Assembly (NCBI GenBank): GCA_036172245.1
Contig: JAYWIR010000016.1
Span: 2,418,001 to 2,482,000, forward strand
DNA from: Raillietiella orientalis
Taxonomy: Eukaryota
Direction: 5' to 3'
DNA: 64,000 nucleotides
The notes below the pieces were generated by a model. That model was not told the DNA's origin. It did no database searches and was given only the letters and a program-made list of their open reading frames with translations. Below, one piece after another: positions 1 to 12,667 of the stretch (positions are counted from its first letter, which is position 1; every line of letters begins with the position of its first letter). Made by a program: the position numbers and the translations under genes.

Positions 1-1869
1 CGCCTTCCTGCTGCTGCACGAATTGATTTTCCTTGTTGTAACCTGCAAAATCCCTGCGTGGCTTCTGTTCCTTTAGACGGCTGATTCTCTACGGAGGTAT
101 CTCAGGATGCTCAGGAAGACACCGTGGTCCTCATTCGGTAGCCGTGAAGAGAAACAAGGATCAGAAAATTGTTGCCAAGTCACAGATTTACTGCGATGCA
201 TCAGGTCACCTAGTGATGTTGAGGATGATTCAGCAAACCATTTTACTGTCTTGAGGACACTCTTCATGGCCCTATGTGGCTTCAATGCTTCCTTGCAAAC
301 CAGCAATCTTTTGAAGAAGATTAAAAAGGCAGAGCAGTCGAGGCAGTGCAGAAAATGCTCCAGAATTGTGGCGGGAAACAGGACCGCCTCCAACTTTCTG
401 CTGTGAATCACAGGGAAGGAACGCAGACAAACTACGGAAGGAAGAAGAGTTTCGAACACCTCCTCAATGAAGTCACCTTCACTATCTCATCCTTCAGCTC
501 AGTTTATCGAGGATGGTTCGCCCGATCAGTCCACCTGGTACATTGTCAGTAGAGTTCCGGATCTTAGAACACACCATCCCTTTCCTGAGGTTTCCCATCT
601 GGTGCCTGGAAATCCTCGACTCCTTCTCGATGAGTCCCCCACAGCTGCTGATGAGTCCCACAAGATACAAGAGGAGTCGAACAGGATAATTTGCCCACCG
701 CACTCTCGAGCACCAGATCAGATCGGAGCTTGGCCACAGTAGATGCTGGAAGGGGTTCGAGGGTTGTTGCAGGTGACTCGAATATGCAATCTTCATATTT
801 AGAAAGGGAAGAAAGCTGAAGGAAACTCGTCTTCTTAGGACTCTTGATAAGCGCTCCGGCCGAAGGATCATCCAGATATCTAGTGGTGGCTTGGCACACA
901 CGACCACAGGGAACAGTTTGTAGGCAGGCATGCCGAAGGTTCACGGAAGTGCATGGATGAGTGAGCGAAGTTTCGTCCGGTCTTCCAGGGACCGTCCTCT
1001 AGCTGAAATCCTCCCTTACATCTCTTCTTCGTGGGAGGCAAAAGCAATTCGAAGCTCAGCTGCTGTCTTTTACTCTCGAGGCGCTTGCATTAGGAAGTCA
1101 GAAGGGAAGCTGTTGCTAAGAAAAAGAGATGATGAGATTCATCCTGGAAACCGCTTCATAGCGAAGAGGTGCACCTCCGGAACTCGGAGCAGTACATCCG
1201 TAAGTGGACAAGAGCAGCAGCCTCTCTTGTTTACCCCTGTAAGTGAAGATGCTCCGAGCGATCCTGATTGGAATGCGAATTGAGCATCCCCTGGAACCGA
1301 ACAGTCGACAGAACCAAGATATTTTTCGAATGGGGAGGTCTAGGGCGGATCCCAAATCCGAGAACTGCTTCCCGTTTCGAAGACTCATGCCATTAGGAGG
1401 AAAAGACTCCCCGGCCGCAACACAGGCTGGAGACCTTCTGAGATCCGTCCATGAACTGATCAACCCCCGGTCACACGCAGTTTCCAAGGCATCGCTACAA
1501 AGAGGAACCTTCTTGCAGTCAAGAGCGAAATCCTAGTGGTTTTTCGTGGGTTCGGTTTGATTCGGTGCATTCCATCAGGGTCATTAGTTGTCCTGTTCTG
1601 GACGACTTTCGCAGAGGACATCCGCATCGGGGGCCCACAGCCTCCACTTCTTTGGATTTCTTGAGACATCCGCGCCGCTGCTCCGGATCTCTTTCGCTAC
1701 GGCACGAGATTCAGTTCCTGCTTGTGGGATCCCTCGCCATCAGCGGGGGCCCGTCCTATGAGGCGGCGGAATGGAGCAACGGAGCTGTCAGGGTGCGTGC
1801 GCACCGACGGGTGACACGCGCCTGTCGTCACTCGTTCGTGGTGTAGCGTGAGGTTAATGGCACCTCTTC

Positions 1870-2215
1870 AGAGAGTGCAAAGAAGCGCGCCTTTCCCTTC
1901 TGGGAGCGCCCTTCTGAGAAATTTCGGAAGCGTCCCTTCGAGGTTCCTTTCAGAGGAGTAAACAGGAGCGGTTCCCTCGCGGGTTCCCTCTGGAGAAGAA
2001 ATTTCTAATGGCGGATCCTTTCCGAGTTCCCTTTGGAGAAGGAAAAATGGAGCGGACCCTCCGGGAATCCCTCCGGAGAGAATAAGGAAGGAGATTCCCT
2101 TCGGAGACGACCAGGGTGGAGGGTTCCCTTCGGGGATCCCTCCATGGGCGTGACAGGAACGGACCCCCTTCTCCGGAGCCCTTCTTGGATTCAAAGGGTG
2201 GTCCCCTCCAGGAAG
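1870..2215 (+). mobile_element. Body and 3' part of the tRNA-headed SINE-like element (head missing)
   Basis: Shares GGGTTCCCT(T/C)(C/T)GGAGA repeats and the 3' motif GGAACGGAC..CCGGAGCCCTTCTTGGATTCA with copies at 47.6-48.2 kb and 54.8-55.4 kb, and with the reverse complement of the 7.8, 38.1, 51.0 and 59.2 kb copies. Confidence 0.7.
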
Positions 2216-2899
2216 ACCAGTAGACAAACGCGCTCCCCAGCTATTCAGCAGCGAGTTGGACTCTCTTGTTCCGAAGAGGGAGCCCCACCTAGGGAACTCT
2301 CTCCGTGTGTGTTCAAGGGAAGGAACCCTCGATGTCCCAGCTCCATTTGCTGGTTCCAGTGCAAAGCGCCAAGCTCCCCTCCCTCACCTCCGCCCACTCT
2401 TGGAAAGATGAAGTGCGCGAGACTTCCGAAATTCCACCTTCCGTAAACCTTTGGGCCGGAGCACAAGCACTGTTCATCTCGAGCCCATCGCTCTTTTCTG
2501 TCGCCTCCATCCCGAGCGGATCACTTGGTCGCGCCACTTCCGCGCGCATGCTCTCTTGTCTCTGAGTCCCTCCACAGCTCCGAACCCCCGATCTGTTGGT
2601 GGTTCTTGACTCCTCCACCGTTTGCGGATGCGCGCGAGAAGGGGGTGAATCCTTGCTGGCATCCTCTCTCACCAGCTCTGCCCTATATTTGGCTTATCCT
2701 GGATGTCCTCGGAGCATTGATTCTGGTCGAGGTCCTCGGCTGCGCTCATCTGCCTGTTTGCTGACTCCATCTCCCCATCTCTCTCTTTATTTGTGCTCAC
2801 CGAACCCACCGGAATCGACAAAATGCCGTCTCTCTCGTGCCTTACAGCATTTCGAGGCGCTTTTACTGCACTCTCCTTCTGCCTCGGGTGGTTGGAAAT

Positions 2900-3790
2900 C
2901 TTTATTTTTTTAGCGGATGCTGTGAGTTTTGAGACTTTACCCCCGGATCAGCATCTCAATGTGTTCCGAGACGAACCTCCAAGAAGTTCAAAGGATCAGC
3001 TGTCCTCGATCCCTAATCGAGCAGGCGAACGGGGGGCAGGATGCATCCCAAACGAGTCTGACTCTATCCCGTTCCTTCCGTCCGACGTCCCAAGCAGAGA
3101 GTCTGGAATTCAATTTTACTCTTAACTCTCTTCCTTACCCCTACAAGCCCTGGAAACAACTCCGGATTTTGCAGGAGAATCGAATGAGTTTCTTTGGGCA
3201 TCTTCCTGCGCGAATCGGTCCTGACTTGCGTCTCATCCTGCTCTCCTCCACCTTTCCGTGATCTTCCGGCCGACTTCCTGCCGGGGTTGCTCCCTCCGCA
3301 CGAAGGACATCCGTGTACGGTGCGGACTAGCCGGAAGCGGCGGGGGGAGATCCCTTCCGCGAGAGTTCACCCGCGAGCGAGTCCTCCAGATGGCTTCCGT
3401 CGAGGAGCCGATCCTCCGAACGAACCCACCGCCTTCCCTCCGGTGATGCTGCATTGCGCGGGATGAATGGCACAGAGGGTGAGCACGTCGGCTGCGTATG
3501 CGTGCGTCACATCCGGCGGGAACTCTCGCCTTCAGTCCTATTGCCGTTCCAGAACAACCCAAGAAGGGAGGAAGACATTTATGGCAGAGAGGTGTTAGCC
3601 ACCTTCTTCGTCTGTCTGCCCTCCTCAGTTCTCTCTCAGGAGGAACCTTGAGGGATCTTTCATCACGGGAGTCACCCTTTTAATGCTTTCGATGCTCTAC
3701 CAGAGCGCACCATCCTCTCTCTGATAGACCTTTCGGAGTTCCCAGCTCTTGCAAGGCTTTACATTCTTAAGATTCCAGGATCCCGGAACG
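2900..3790 (+). pseudogene. Decayed leucine-rich-repeat (extracellular LRR-type) gene fragments
   Basis: Frameshifted pieces DAVSFETL..SSKDQLSSIP, LSSLPLQALE and FNAFDALPERTILSLIDLSEFPALARLYILKI (from 3679) resemble LRR spacing; stops and frameshifts throughout. Confidence 0.35.
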
Positions 3791-4199
3791 ATCGCCCTCA
3801 CGAATCCGGGCCTTTATTTGGAAGCGTGTTGGAGAGGCAGCCCTCCTCCATGTTTTCTTCCCTCTTCTCGCCCTTCCTCTTCCACGGCCGTCATTCAGTG
3901 TTCAGGGGAGAGGGAGGTGCTCCCTGCAAGCGCTCCATCCCATCCCCACGTCCGGCTTCAGCCTCATGTCCATTCCTGGAATAGGTAAGCCGGTTCTTAA
4001 GGTCCGCTCATTACACCTCTCCGTGTTCCGGATTGGCTCAACTTGGCGAATTCCGGGAGTTCACCTGCACACATGGATGAACATCCAAAGTGCGGGGATG
4101 CAGTCCGAGGATCACGTGGGTCGGCATCACGGAAGGAGAGGGAGCGCAAGGTGGGGGAGGAAACGATGGATTGAAGCGAGGCATCAACGAACACTTGGA

Positions 4200-4721
4200 C
4201 TGGAATGAATGCTCTTTGGCGGGGAACAGTAGAGGATCACCGGGTGCATGCCTGATCGCGCCATCATCTAGAGAGGGCGGAGAACGTCCCGCGTGCTCCT
4301 CGCAGCCTGCCTGCCTCCCAGGGGCTGAGTCGGTCCTCCCTCACCTCGCTCCGATTCGGGGAGGGTCGTGTTGCCTCCTGGAACGTCGACGAGGCGCTGC
4401 AGCAAGCAGGGACGACGACCGCGCGCCCCAACTGCTCAGTGACGAGGGAGTGTGGCAGAACGGCCTTTCAAGGACTCCAGGGTCAAGGCGTACGCCGCCT
4501 GCACCGCACGCAGGTTTCAGAAGACGCGGAGGGTGGTGACCGCTGACCTCTATTCCTTTCTCCTCCCCTTTCATTTATTTATTATTTACCTACTGCCCGC
4601 TCTCCTACAGCCTCCTGCCTTCCTGTTGTCCTTCCCCTGAAGTTTTCACGGACCAGTGGATCGACTGATCCACATCGCCTGTCTTTCCTTGTTTGGAAAA
4701 TAAACGCCCCGATGCAGCCGG
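4200..4721 (+). mobile_element. L1/Tx1-like non-LTR retrotransposon 3' fragment (zf-RVT remnant, ORF end, 3' UTR)
   Basis: PACLPGAESVLPHL matches the CxxC..ESLPHL motif of other copies; T-rich UTR at 4570-4590; 4360-4721 is an inverted near-identical copy of 13719-14080. Confidence 0.6.
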
Positions 4722-6269
4722 GTGAAACTGGCAACACTGAACCGCCTCTGTTCTGTGCCTGTCTTCATCCCCACTCACGCGCATCTGTGACGAGTCTGGA
4801 TCGACCTGGTGGCGCTCTCGGTCCTGCAGCATAGGGCGCTTCAGATGAATGTGCACAGTCCAGCATCTACCGCTGGCCAATCAGTCGGTTCCAGGAATCA
4901 AGAATCCGCATGCAGCAATCTGCAAATTCAGATGGTCTGAACGACCGCAGCTATGACGTCATTCTTCAAAGTGATAGGTGGAGAGAGAAAGACCTACTGG
5001 GAAGAAGAAGGAGATGGAAGATATCCATCCCCCTCTACTCAATGTGCTCTCATCCTCTTCCGCTCCTCCTCTGCAGGGTTTAGACTTTCAATGTTTGGCC
5101 CATCCATGTATCCTCCACCCTCCCAAAACACGATCCGATCATCCTCGTACGTGCCGTTTCGAGATGCAGTTGTCATCTCCTAATTTTCGAGGTACTCTCG
5201 GCTGATCAGTGAGTCTTGTCCCTATGATTTCGTATCCTGGATCCAAGCCTCCACGAAATCAGCTCTTGTAATCCCTGTACTTTCCAAGACATGAGTGCGG
5301 GAGTCTCATTTCTTGGAATAATCCGTCTAATCCTCTGACCTGACAACAGTGATTCGTGGGTCCAGGGCAGCTTCAGCACGGATCCACGAATCATGTTGGC
5401 ATACAAAAGGCAGTCCAGAAGGATTCCTATTAACCTTAACTGGAGGTCACCCCCTCCTAACCTTTCCTTTCCTTTCGATCCATCCTTTGTCCCCAGATAA
5501 TCCTATCAGAAGAAGAACTTTGGTAGAGGAAAAGTCATGAACGCTCAGATAAAAAGCAAATGTGAAGCGCTCTTGGAGATTGGAAATCGTCACAGAGAGA
5601 CTCCACGACCATCACCAAGGGTGAGTGGATGCAGATTAGCAGAAATCTGAGATGCTACTGGTATCATGACCTTCAGAGAAATAAGAGGCTGGCCATATCG
5701 ATAAGAAGGAAATCCTTGAAATCCAGGAGAATTCGAAGAAATTTTTTCTACAGGGGAAAAAGAACTTGAAGATGCTGGAGAAGAGACAAGACGGAGGGCA
5801 GATGTGTGGCTATCGCTCGTTTCGCAATAGTAGGAAGAACAGTCACCAGCTGCTGAAGGCATCTGGAAACACGGCAACCTTCGTTCTTGGTACAGAGCAT
5901 CAAGGTCTCCGTGAAAATCTTTTCATTTTCACGTGAGATGGACCCTCAGGATTGAGCCAAAGGAAATGACGATGTGATATCGTAGACCCTGTGATGCACC
6001 TTACTGAAGACGATGGCATCGATGGCATTGCAGGTGCCTTCGACGCTCCTTCAGATTCTGAATGGTACTGAGAGAATCTCCCATTATTTGTGAAAGAGCC
6101 ACTCTGAATGCAGCCTCTCACATTGAGGGCGTGCGTCTGTTCCTGCGCCCGCCCCACGTTTCTGCCTACAAACTCTGCGGAGCGTTCTACGATTTAGTTC
6201 GACATTAGTCCACAGAGTCTTTGTGTGGCGCTCCAGTCGCTTTTAAGTTGCCACCCGGACAAGCTAGGG

Positions 6270-7790
6270 AGTTTATTAAAATTTGAAATAACTTCATAGA
6301 TTGTGGTAGGACATATAGCCCTACCACACTCCTTTTGCCCATGGACTTGCCGGGTCACCGGTACACAGACTGACGGGACTTACCTCGACGGCGGAAGGGA
6401 ATGGGGGAAAACAGAAAGAAAAAGAAAATAAAGAGTAAATAAAAATAAATAAATAAATCTTTAGGAGGGTCGAGAAAGGATCGCTGTCCACTGGAGGGAG
6501 TCTGCATCCTTTCCAGGACGTCGGCTAGGTCCGTCCGAATAGGTCCCAGGTTGGGGCCACCTGGCCGCTATCCGCAGAAAGCCCACTGCTAACTGGACGG
6601 CGCCCCTCTCGTTTCTTCCTACGTCGGCTACACCCCAGGTTGCCACAATCCCGCGGATGCAGCAAAGCGTTGCTAGGGCTGCGGCTGGCTGCAGGGCATC
6701 CTGCGCGAAGAAGAGCCTTAAAATGTCCCTAGGGTTGGCAATCGGGTTCCGCAAGGTCGTTCCCAAACGTTTCTATAGGGGCCGGAGGGCAACACAGTCC
6801 AAAAGCAGGTGCGGAAGCGATTCCCGTTCTGCCCTGCACCTGCTACAGTCCGAGCTCACCCTCCTCAGCGTCCAGTGGTGTCGGCGAGAGTTGTAGGGAA
6901 GACCCCAGCGCAGCAACGGCAGAAGTGCACACTCTCGCCACTTCAAGGGGAGGGAGCTGCTGTTCTTGAGCACTGGGAGACACTCCAGGTCTTCGCTAAG
7001 AATGACGAAAAGCTCGCCCCAGCGCTGTAGTCCTTGTGGAAGGGCACATACTTGTGGATAGCAGCATCCACCAGCTGCTCCATGGTCCACCCATTCATCA
7101 GCATTCGCCTTGCCTGCGATTTCGCAGGAGACCTCCCACTCCGGCATTTGGCTGCTGCCAAGTGCCCTCATCAGGGAAGGTATCTTTGCCGCTAGGGGGG
7201 TTCCGCTCCGCCCACGCACTCATGCTGGGATTCTCGAGGATCTTCCGCAGTGAGCAGCGGGCGCAGATTCCGAGTCGCAGGCGGTTCCATTCTTCGGAGT
7301 TCGTTCATTTCCCCTCACATGTCAGCTGTTTCTTATAGCCAGGCGCTGCAGTTGGCGGCACAGCGGGATATCCAGCCGTTCTCCTCCAGGGGGACCATCC
7401 GTCCGAGGAGACCGCATCTTCTCACCTTCCGGCCGGAGCACAAGAGGTAGGAGGCAAGTCCTTCCGTACAGGATGCACGGCTGGCGAGAAGGTGCACAGG
7501 AACTCTCCAGGAGTACGCTCCCATACCTCGATGCGATGGCCATCGTTCTCCATCGCAGCTGGATCTCCTTCCGCTCCGGCGTCATGAGACCGAGGCTGCC
7601 GTCAGGCACGGAGCACACAAGTCCATCAGCGGGACTAGAGGCCTCCCGCTGCCCCACAAGGCGATTCGCAGGAGGTCTTTCGTCCACTTTTCCACTTCTT
7701 GGGGAACGGGGCAAACAAAAAACGGGGACAGAGGAGATGAGCGGCGAACGTATTCCAGGCCTCAGCCCGTTCCGGCAAGTAAAACTTGCC
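6270..7790 (-). mobile_element. L1/Tx1-like non-LTR retrotransposon, 3' ~1.5 kb of ORF2 plus 3' UTR, frameshifted
   Basis: GSLGLMTPERKEIQLRWRTMAIA (GGLG-thumb region), WEVSCEIAG, LRWGLPYNSRRHHW..CSRCRAERESLPHLLLDCVALRPL (zf-RVT), T-rich UTR at 6410-6460, hairpin at 6302-6328, AATAAA near 6273-6278 on the minus strand. Confidence 0.75.
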
Positions 7791-8322
7791 CTCCAGAAAC
7801 GGAATTATTTCTTCTCCGAAGGGAACCCGGAAAGTATCCACTCCTAGAATTTTCTTCTCCGGAGGGAACCCGCGAGGAAACCGTTCTCTGCTTCCTCCTC
7901 TGAAGAGAACCCCGTAGGGACGCTTCCGGATTTCTCTGAAGAGCTCTCCCCCCCCCGAAAGGAGCAGTGCGCTCTTCAAGCACTCTGGAGAGGCAACCCC
8001 CTAAAGAGGATCTCATCCAGCTCAATGGCTCAGTGGCACAGCTGCGTTTTCACAAACGGGGGGGAGCTCCGTAGGGAACCGACTCCTTGATCCGTGGAAG
8101 GACCCCGGAGGGTCGACCTCCAGTCCTGGCCAGTCAACGGGAGTATACGGATTTCTGGCTTCCACTGGTGCGCCCGTGGGCCAGCCAGTGCAATCCTACG
8201 GAGGGACTCGAAATCCACGACGGGTCTTCTGTTCTCAGCGTCGATCCTTCACGTGGAGATTCGATTCCGCGACTCTTGGCACAACGCACGGAGATCGGTA
8301 GCCACACGATTGCCGACGCGGG
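7790..8322 (-). mobile_element. tRNA-headed SINE-like element copy
   Basis: Reverse complement of the head (degenerate B-boxes at about 8258-8268 and 8204-8217) plus CTCCG(A/G)AGGGAACCC repeats at about 7814, 7857, 7897 and 7934. Confidence 0.75.
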
Positions 8323-9838
8323 TAAGGGGACGGTGGACAAACAGGTGTGGCTGAAAAGTGGGGCTGGTCATTCTGAGATGCTCTGGAAAAAGCGAAGGAG
8401 AAAGGGTGAGTTGCCTCCTCTCCTGCATCCTGCAGGGAGGAACAGGAGTGATGGAGAATGTCTGGACCTAGATAACAAAAGATCCGGTTGCTTCTTCTCC
8501 ACCGTGGACGGCTCGAGGCCTCCGAGATCAGAGGAGCATCTCCAGCTGGCATTACTCTTCTACCAGAGCTGGGACCCCAGTTCGGAGCAGGACCATACGG
8601 CACCGTACTTTCGTTTGGTGCCTTCCGTTCTCCTCAGTGTGGGGTCCGCACCTTCCTGTGAAGCTGAAGCTCGAAACAGCGCTTTTCTTCCTTGCAGGAA
8701 CGAAGGAAGGAACCGCGACCTTCCGCCCCCGCGGTGTGGTCGTCGTGAGTCCAGAGGTTTCCCGAATGGAACAGCGACAGGAAAAATGTTTCGGTTCCGT
8801 AAGGAACTACTGCGGCTCTCAAGAACGGGATGGTTTCCCAGGAGCCCATTCGCTGGCGCGAGAAGTCCCATAAACCATCCGAGGTAATGACGGTGGTCGG
8901 TGAGCGTGGTGATCCAGGACCCTCCCCTCAAGGAGCCGGTGACCTCCTCTCAGCTGATGATTCCCTCCAGGAATCTTCCATCAGCACGGCCGCGGTCCCT
9001 TTGTATGCACGTCCTCGCGAGCAGAGGTCCTCGCGGATGCAATTAGAGGAATCGAAAGCCGGGAACCGGATGTCCGCTGATGACCCTGATTGGTCCTCTC
9101 ATGGGCAAAAAAACTGTCCCCCAGCGCACACGCCCAAACGTCCCCTTCGTTAAATTTTCACGGAGGCCTAAATCTTGGGAGATGATGGACCTGTCAGGCT
9201 GCAATGGCTGAAGCTCAGAGTAAGGAACCGAGGTGATCATTAAATTGTCGCAATTAGCGTTTCCATGACAACAGTGCAATGAATGATGATCTAAATTATT
9301 AAGCCGTGGTCATGTCCGCATCGCCGGAAATCACTTTCTCGTGCCGGGGCTGCGGGCGAGAGGAGCCCTGCCTCCCCCGCCCCTTCCTCTTTTAGATTCT
9401 TCTCATGGGTGTGTGCAGCAGCATCCACCCGCCAGCGCCGTCCGTGCTTCTCGGCCTCCGCACTCCATCTTGAGGAGGGTGCGATGAAGAACGAAGTGGT
9501 TTTTGGGTAGGACGAGCGCGGCCTGTGCTCCGGAAGGGACCTGCATTCTGTCTCCCCCTCCTCCTCCTTGGATACGGGGGGCCTTTCCCAGAGCCGCGGA
9601 CCGCTCGGCTCTGCTCAGGGACGCGCCCACTGCTCGCTTCTCCGCCGACGGCAACCGAGGCAGCTCACGTTTTCGCCCGCGGGACGGAAGTAATGCTCGG
9701 GTCAAGGAGAAGATGGAGGTCTCCGTTTCCGGAAACGCCCGTTTTCCTGCTTCCGCTGCGCGCACCGACGGCTCTCCTCCGTCCTTCCCGGCGCAGACGG
9801 CACGGGGGGGCAGAGTCACCCTCGGCTGGTCTGGTTCA

Positions 9839-10391
9839 AATTCCCTAACGATCAAAATCCCGAAAAATCATGCAAAAAATAAATATGCAAATTTTTTTAT
9901 TGTTCTGCGCAGATTGATGCGTAAAGTTCAATATGCGTAGTAATTCGTATTTATTAACATACCTATTATTCGCAGTAATATTATTGTTTATATCCCATAC
10001 GTGAATTCTTTTGTAAATATGTATATCAATACATACTTATCTGTCATAATCTTCATTGTATATTAATGTATATATTTATTTTTCTATGAATATGTATATC
10101 AATATATATATTTATATATACTATGCATATGTATTTACTTTTTTAAAATCTTTAATATATACATATATACATGGACATTATAATCAACAACTTATTAAAC
10201 TTTTTAATAAGATGTATGTCATTGAATCCTAATAAACATCTGCTCCAATACTATTACTGTGGATGATATGTATTTTAATAAATATGGACACCGATGTATG
10301 TTAAAATAAATTTGTACATCAATCCATGCGGGATAAGCGCGTGTGTTTATTTTTTGAAATGATCTTTCGGGATGTCGATCATCAGGGATTC
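9839..10391. mobile_element. AT-rich MITE-like element bounded by imperfect ~45-bp terminal inverted repeats
   Basis: 9839-9883 AATTCCCTAACGATCAAAATCCCGAAAAATCATGCAAAAAATAAA aligns to the reverse complement of 10346-10391 (GAATCCCTGATGATCGACATCCCGAAAGATCATTTCAAAAAATAAA); interior is abruptly AT-rich and non-coding. Confidence 0.55.
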
Positions 10392-10483
10392 GGCGTTCGG
10401 GACTTTGAGTCAGCGAAGCTGAGAGTAGCGAGGAACCCGAACGGCCTTCCCCGATCGGTCCCCCCACTGGGGAGGACGAGGAG

Positions 10484-10486
<3 letters not shown>

Positions 10487-10553
<67 letters not shown>
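10487..10553. repeat. (AT)n microsatellite, about 33 units
   Basis: Perfect dinucleotide run seen directly. Confidence 0.98.
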
Positions 10554-10556
<3 letters not shown>

Positions 10557-11800
10557 ATGCATGCTCATTGTGAGTATGTATATGTATATATATATACACA
10601 ATATATTTTCATGATCTTTCTTTCTTTCGGGATTTTAATCGGCACCGTTCCTCCCGGCATCCCTTCTCCGTCTGTGTCGAAGACCTTCAATCCGCTTCGC
10701 GCTTCACATCTTCCGCGGGCTTTCCTTCCTGCTGGCGCGAGCGCGCTCGCAGCTCCTCCCTTCGCTACTCCTTCCCTAGTCCTAGAACGACCCCCTTTCC
10801 CGATCGGCAGAGCATTAGCTCTAGAGGTGCATCGGAATCGCGTCTGGGAGCAGACCTCAAGAAGGAATGAAGAGGCTGCGAGCACCCTGGCTGGGATGTT
10901 TACTGCCTTGCTCCATCTCTCACCAAACCACGAGAGGAAGATTGGCGAGACATGACCCTGATCTCGGATAGCTGCGCAGCCGGAGGACTGGTCCGGAAGA
11001 AGATATCAAGCGAGGGGAGGGAGGAGGATGGTATCGGTGCTGCACCACCTATACCGCAGCGGCAGCAGCCACTCGGAAGACTCCCACTCACCGTAAGCCA
11101 CCCAGCATCGCTTCAGGCATTCTCAAAGATCGAGTGACTCAGCAAGGTCGCGTGTCCCTTCTCCAGATATCGAAAGTCCCGAGTCGTGGACCTTCGAGTT
11201 ATTCGTGCTCGCTGCAGTACCGGTGAGAACGACGGCGGCTTCTTAAGACCTCATGGAGAGGAGGTTGGGAGGAATCACGTCATCCTTCCTCATTCCTCGC
11301 TCATCACTTCAGGAGCCCTTGAACGTCACCGCCGCTGCCATCCCCGGAAAGAGAAGAACGCCTATCATCTGTCGCTTGCCGGAAATGATGCCTAAAGCAG
11401 TGGTGCTCTTGACGATGTTCTCTTGAAGCTCCCCTGTCGAGGGAAGCTCCAGCGGTTGCACTCATTGGCAAAGACATAACAACTTCCAACTGTGGCCGCC
11501 ACTGTCCATATCATTTGCAGAGGGTGAGGTCGTAGTCAGGTAGCTGGTGAGCCACACTACTCCTGGTGTTCTTGCGATAACCGGGAAAAGCGACGCGAGC
11601 AATCCCGGGCCTTCGGCAGTAGAGGGGACTTTCAGAACAACATCGTTCCTCCTCTGCAGCATCCCGGTGATGAAAGCAGATCCATCGGGAGAGGCTTCGG
11701 ATCACCGCATCATCTCCATTCTTCCCTGATTATCCGTCCCAACTGGACTCCACCGCGAGCGTTATATTTGAAGCCCAACTTCCGCTCTGCGACTTCGAAT

Positions 11801-12667
11801 GCTGCCACTCCGCCTGCTTTGGCGACGGGACTCTTTCGGTGAAGCGAACATTCGAGTGTTGGGTGCGAAGAACTTGTGCTCCCTCCCTGTTGTTTCCACA
11901 CTTCGGTGTTCACCCTCTCCTGGAAACAGCCCGTGCCGCTCCTCTTCCACTGGAGTTTCAAGAGCGGCGTCACCGAATTTCCGCAGGGGTTGCATCCCCG
12001 AACTGTGCCAGGTGCGTGTCGGCGGAGTCGATCCCGCCGCACCTGTTTTTCGACTGCGGTGCCCTCCAGCAACTGTGGCGGCGGGTGGCCGCAGCTCTCC
12101 TGCACCAGGAGGCCGCCCTCCGAGATGTGCTGCGACGGTTCTTCGCTCCGGGCTTCGACTCTCGACGGGCGCGGTGGTCACGACCACGAGTGGCATCCGT
12201 GCCGCGGTCACGGCTCACCATGTGCTCAAGACGACCACGCAGAGAAAGCAGGTCACCAAGATGGCAGACTCTCACACGAGGACGGCTTCCAGGGGGGCTC
12301 ACCTGCCAGCGGAAGTCAAAGAGGAGCTCGCCGGCATCCAGCGCTGTTCTGAGGAGAGCTAGGAATGGCGGACTCCGGGGCCGATGACTCTTGTCCCCTT
12401 CATTTTCTCGTTCCCCGTTCCCGTGCGCTCTGTGGCTTTCCCGTGTTTTTTGTTTCATCCCGGTGCACACGGAGCGAACTCAATGATCCCTGCCCCATCC
12501 CACCGCATTTATTTTTTATTGGTTGTCTCCCGATCCCCTTCTCCGTTCCGGACTTTCTGCTATCCCAGCCTGCGTGTCGGTGGACCCTCTCCTTGAACCT
12601 CTTTTGTATTCATATGGGAACTTCGCTCCAGACGGGTTCATTTTTTTTACAAAATGAATGCCCTGGT
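11801..12667 (+). mobile_element. L1/Tx1-like 3' fragment (zf-RVT plus 3' UTR), 5'-truncated and frameshifted
   Basis: FHTSVFTLSWKQ.. / SPNCARCVSAESIPPHLFFDCGALQQLWRRV / TTTQRKQVTKMAD..EELAGIQRC spread over three frames; near-identical inverted copy at 21562-22427. Confidence 0.8.

Noticed and set aside
73..931. Possible exon(s) of a NACHT/NLR-like gene on the minus strand
   Set aside because: Coding-like texture but no diagnostic motif that I can support
10219..10955. ORFs with YIYIYI repeats
   Set aside because: Translation of the (AT)n microsatellite
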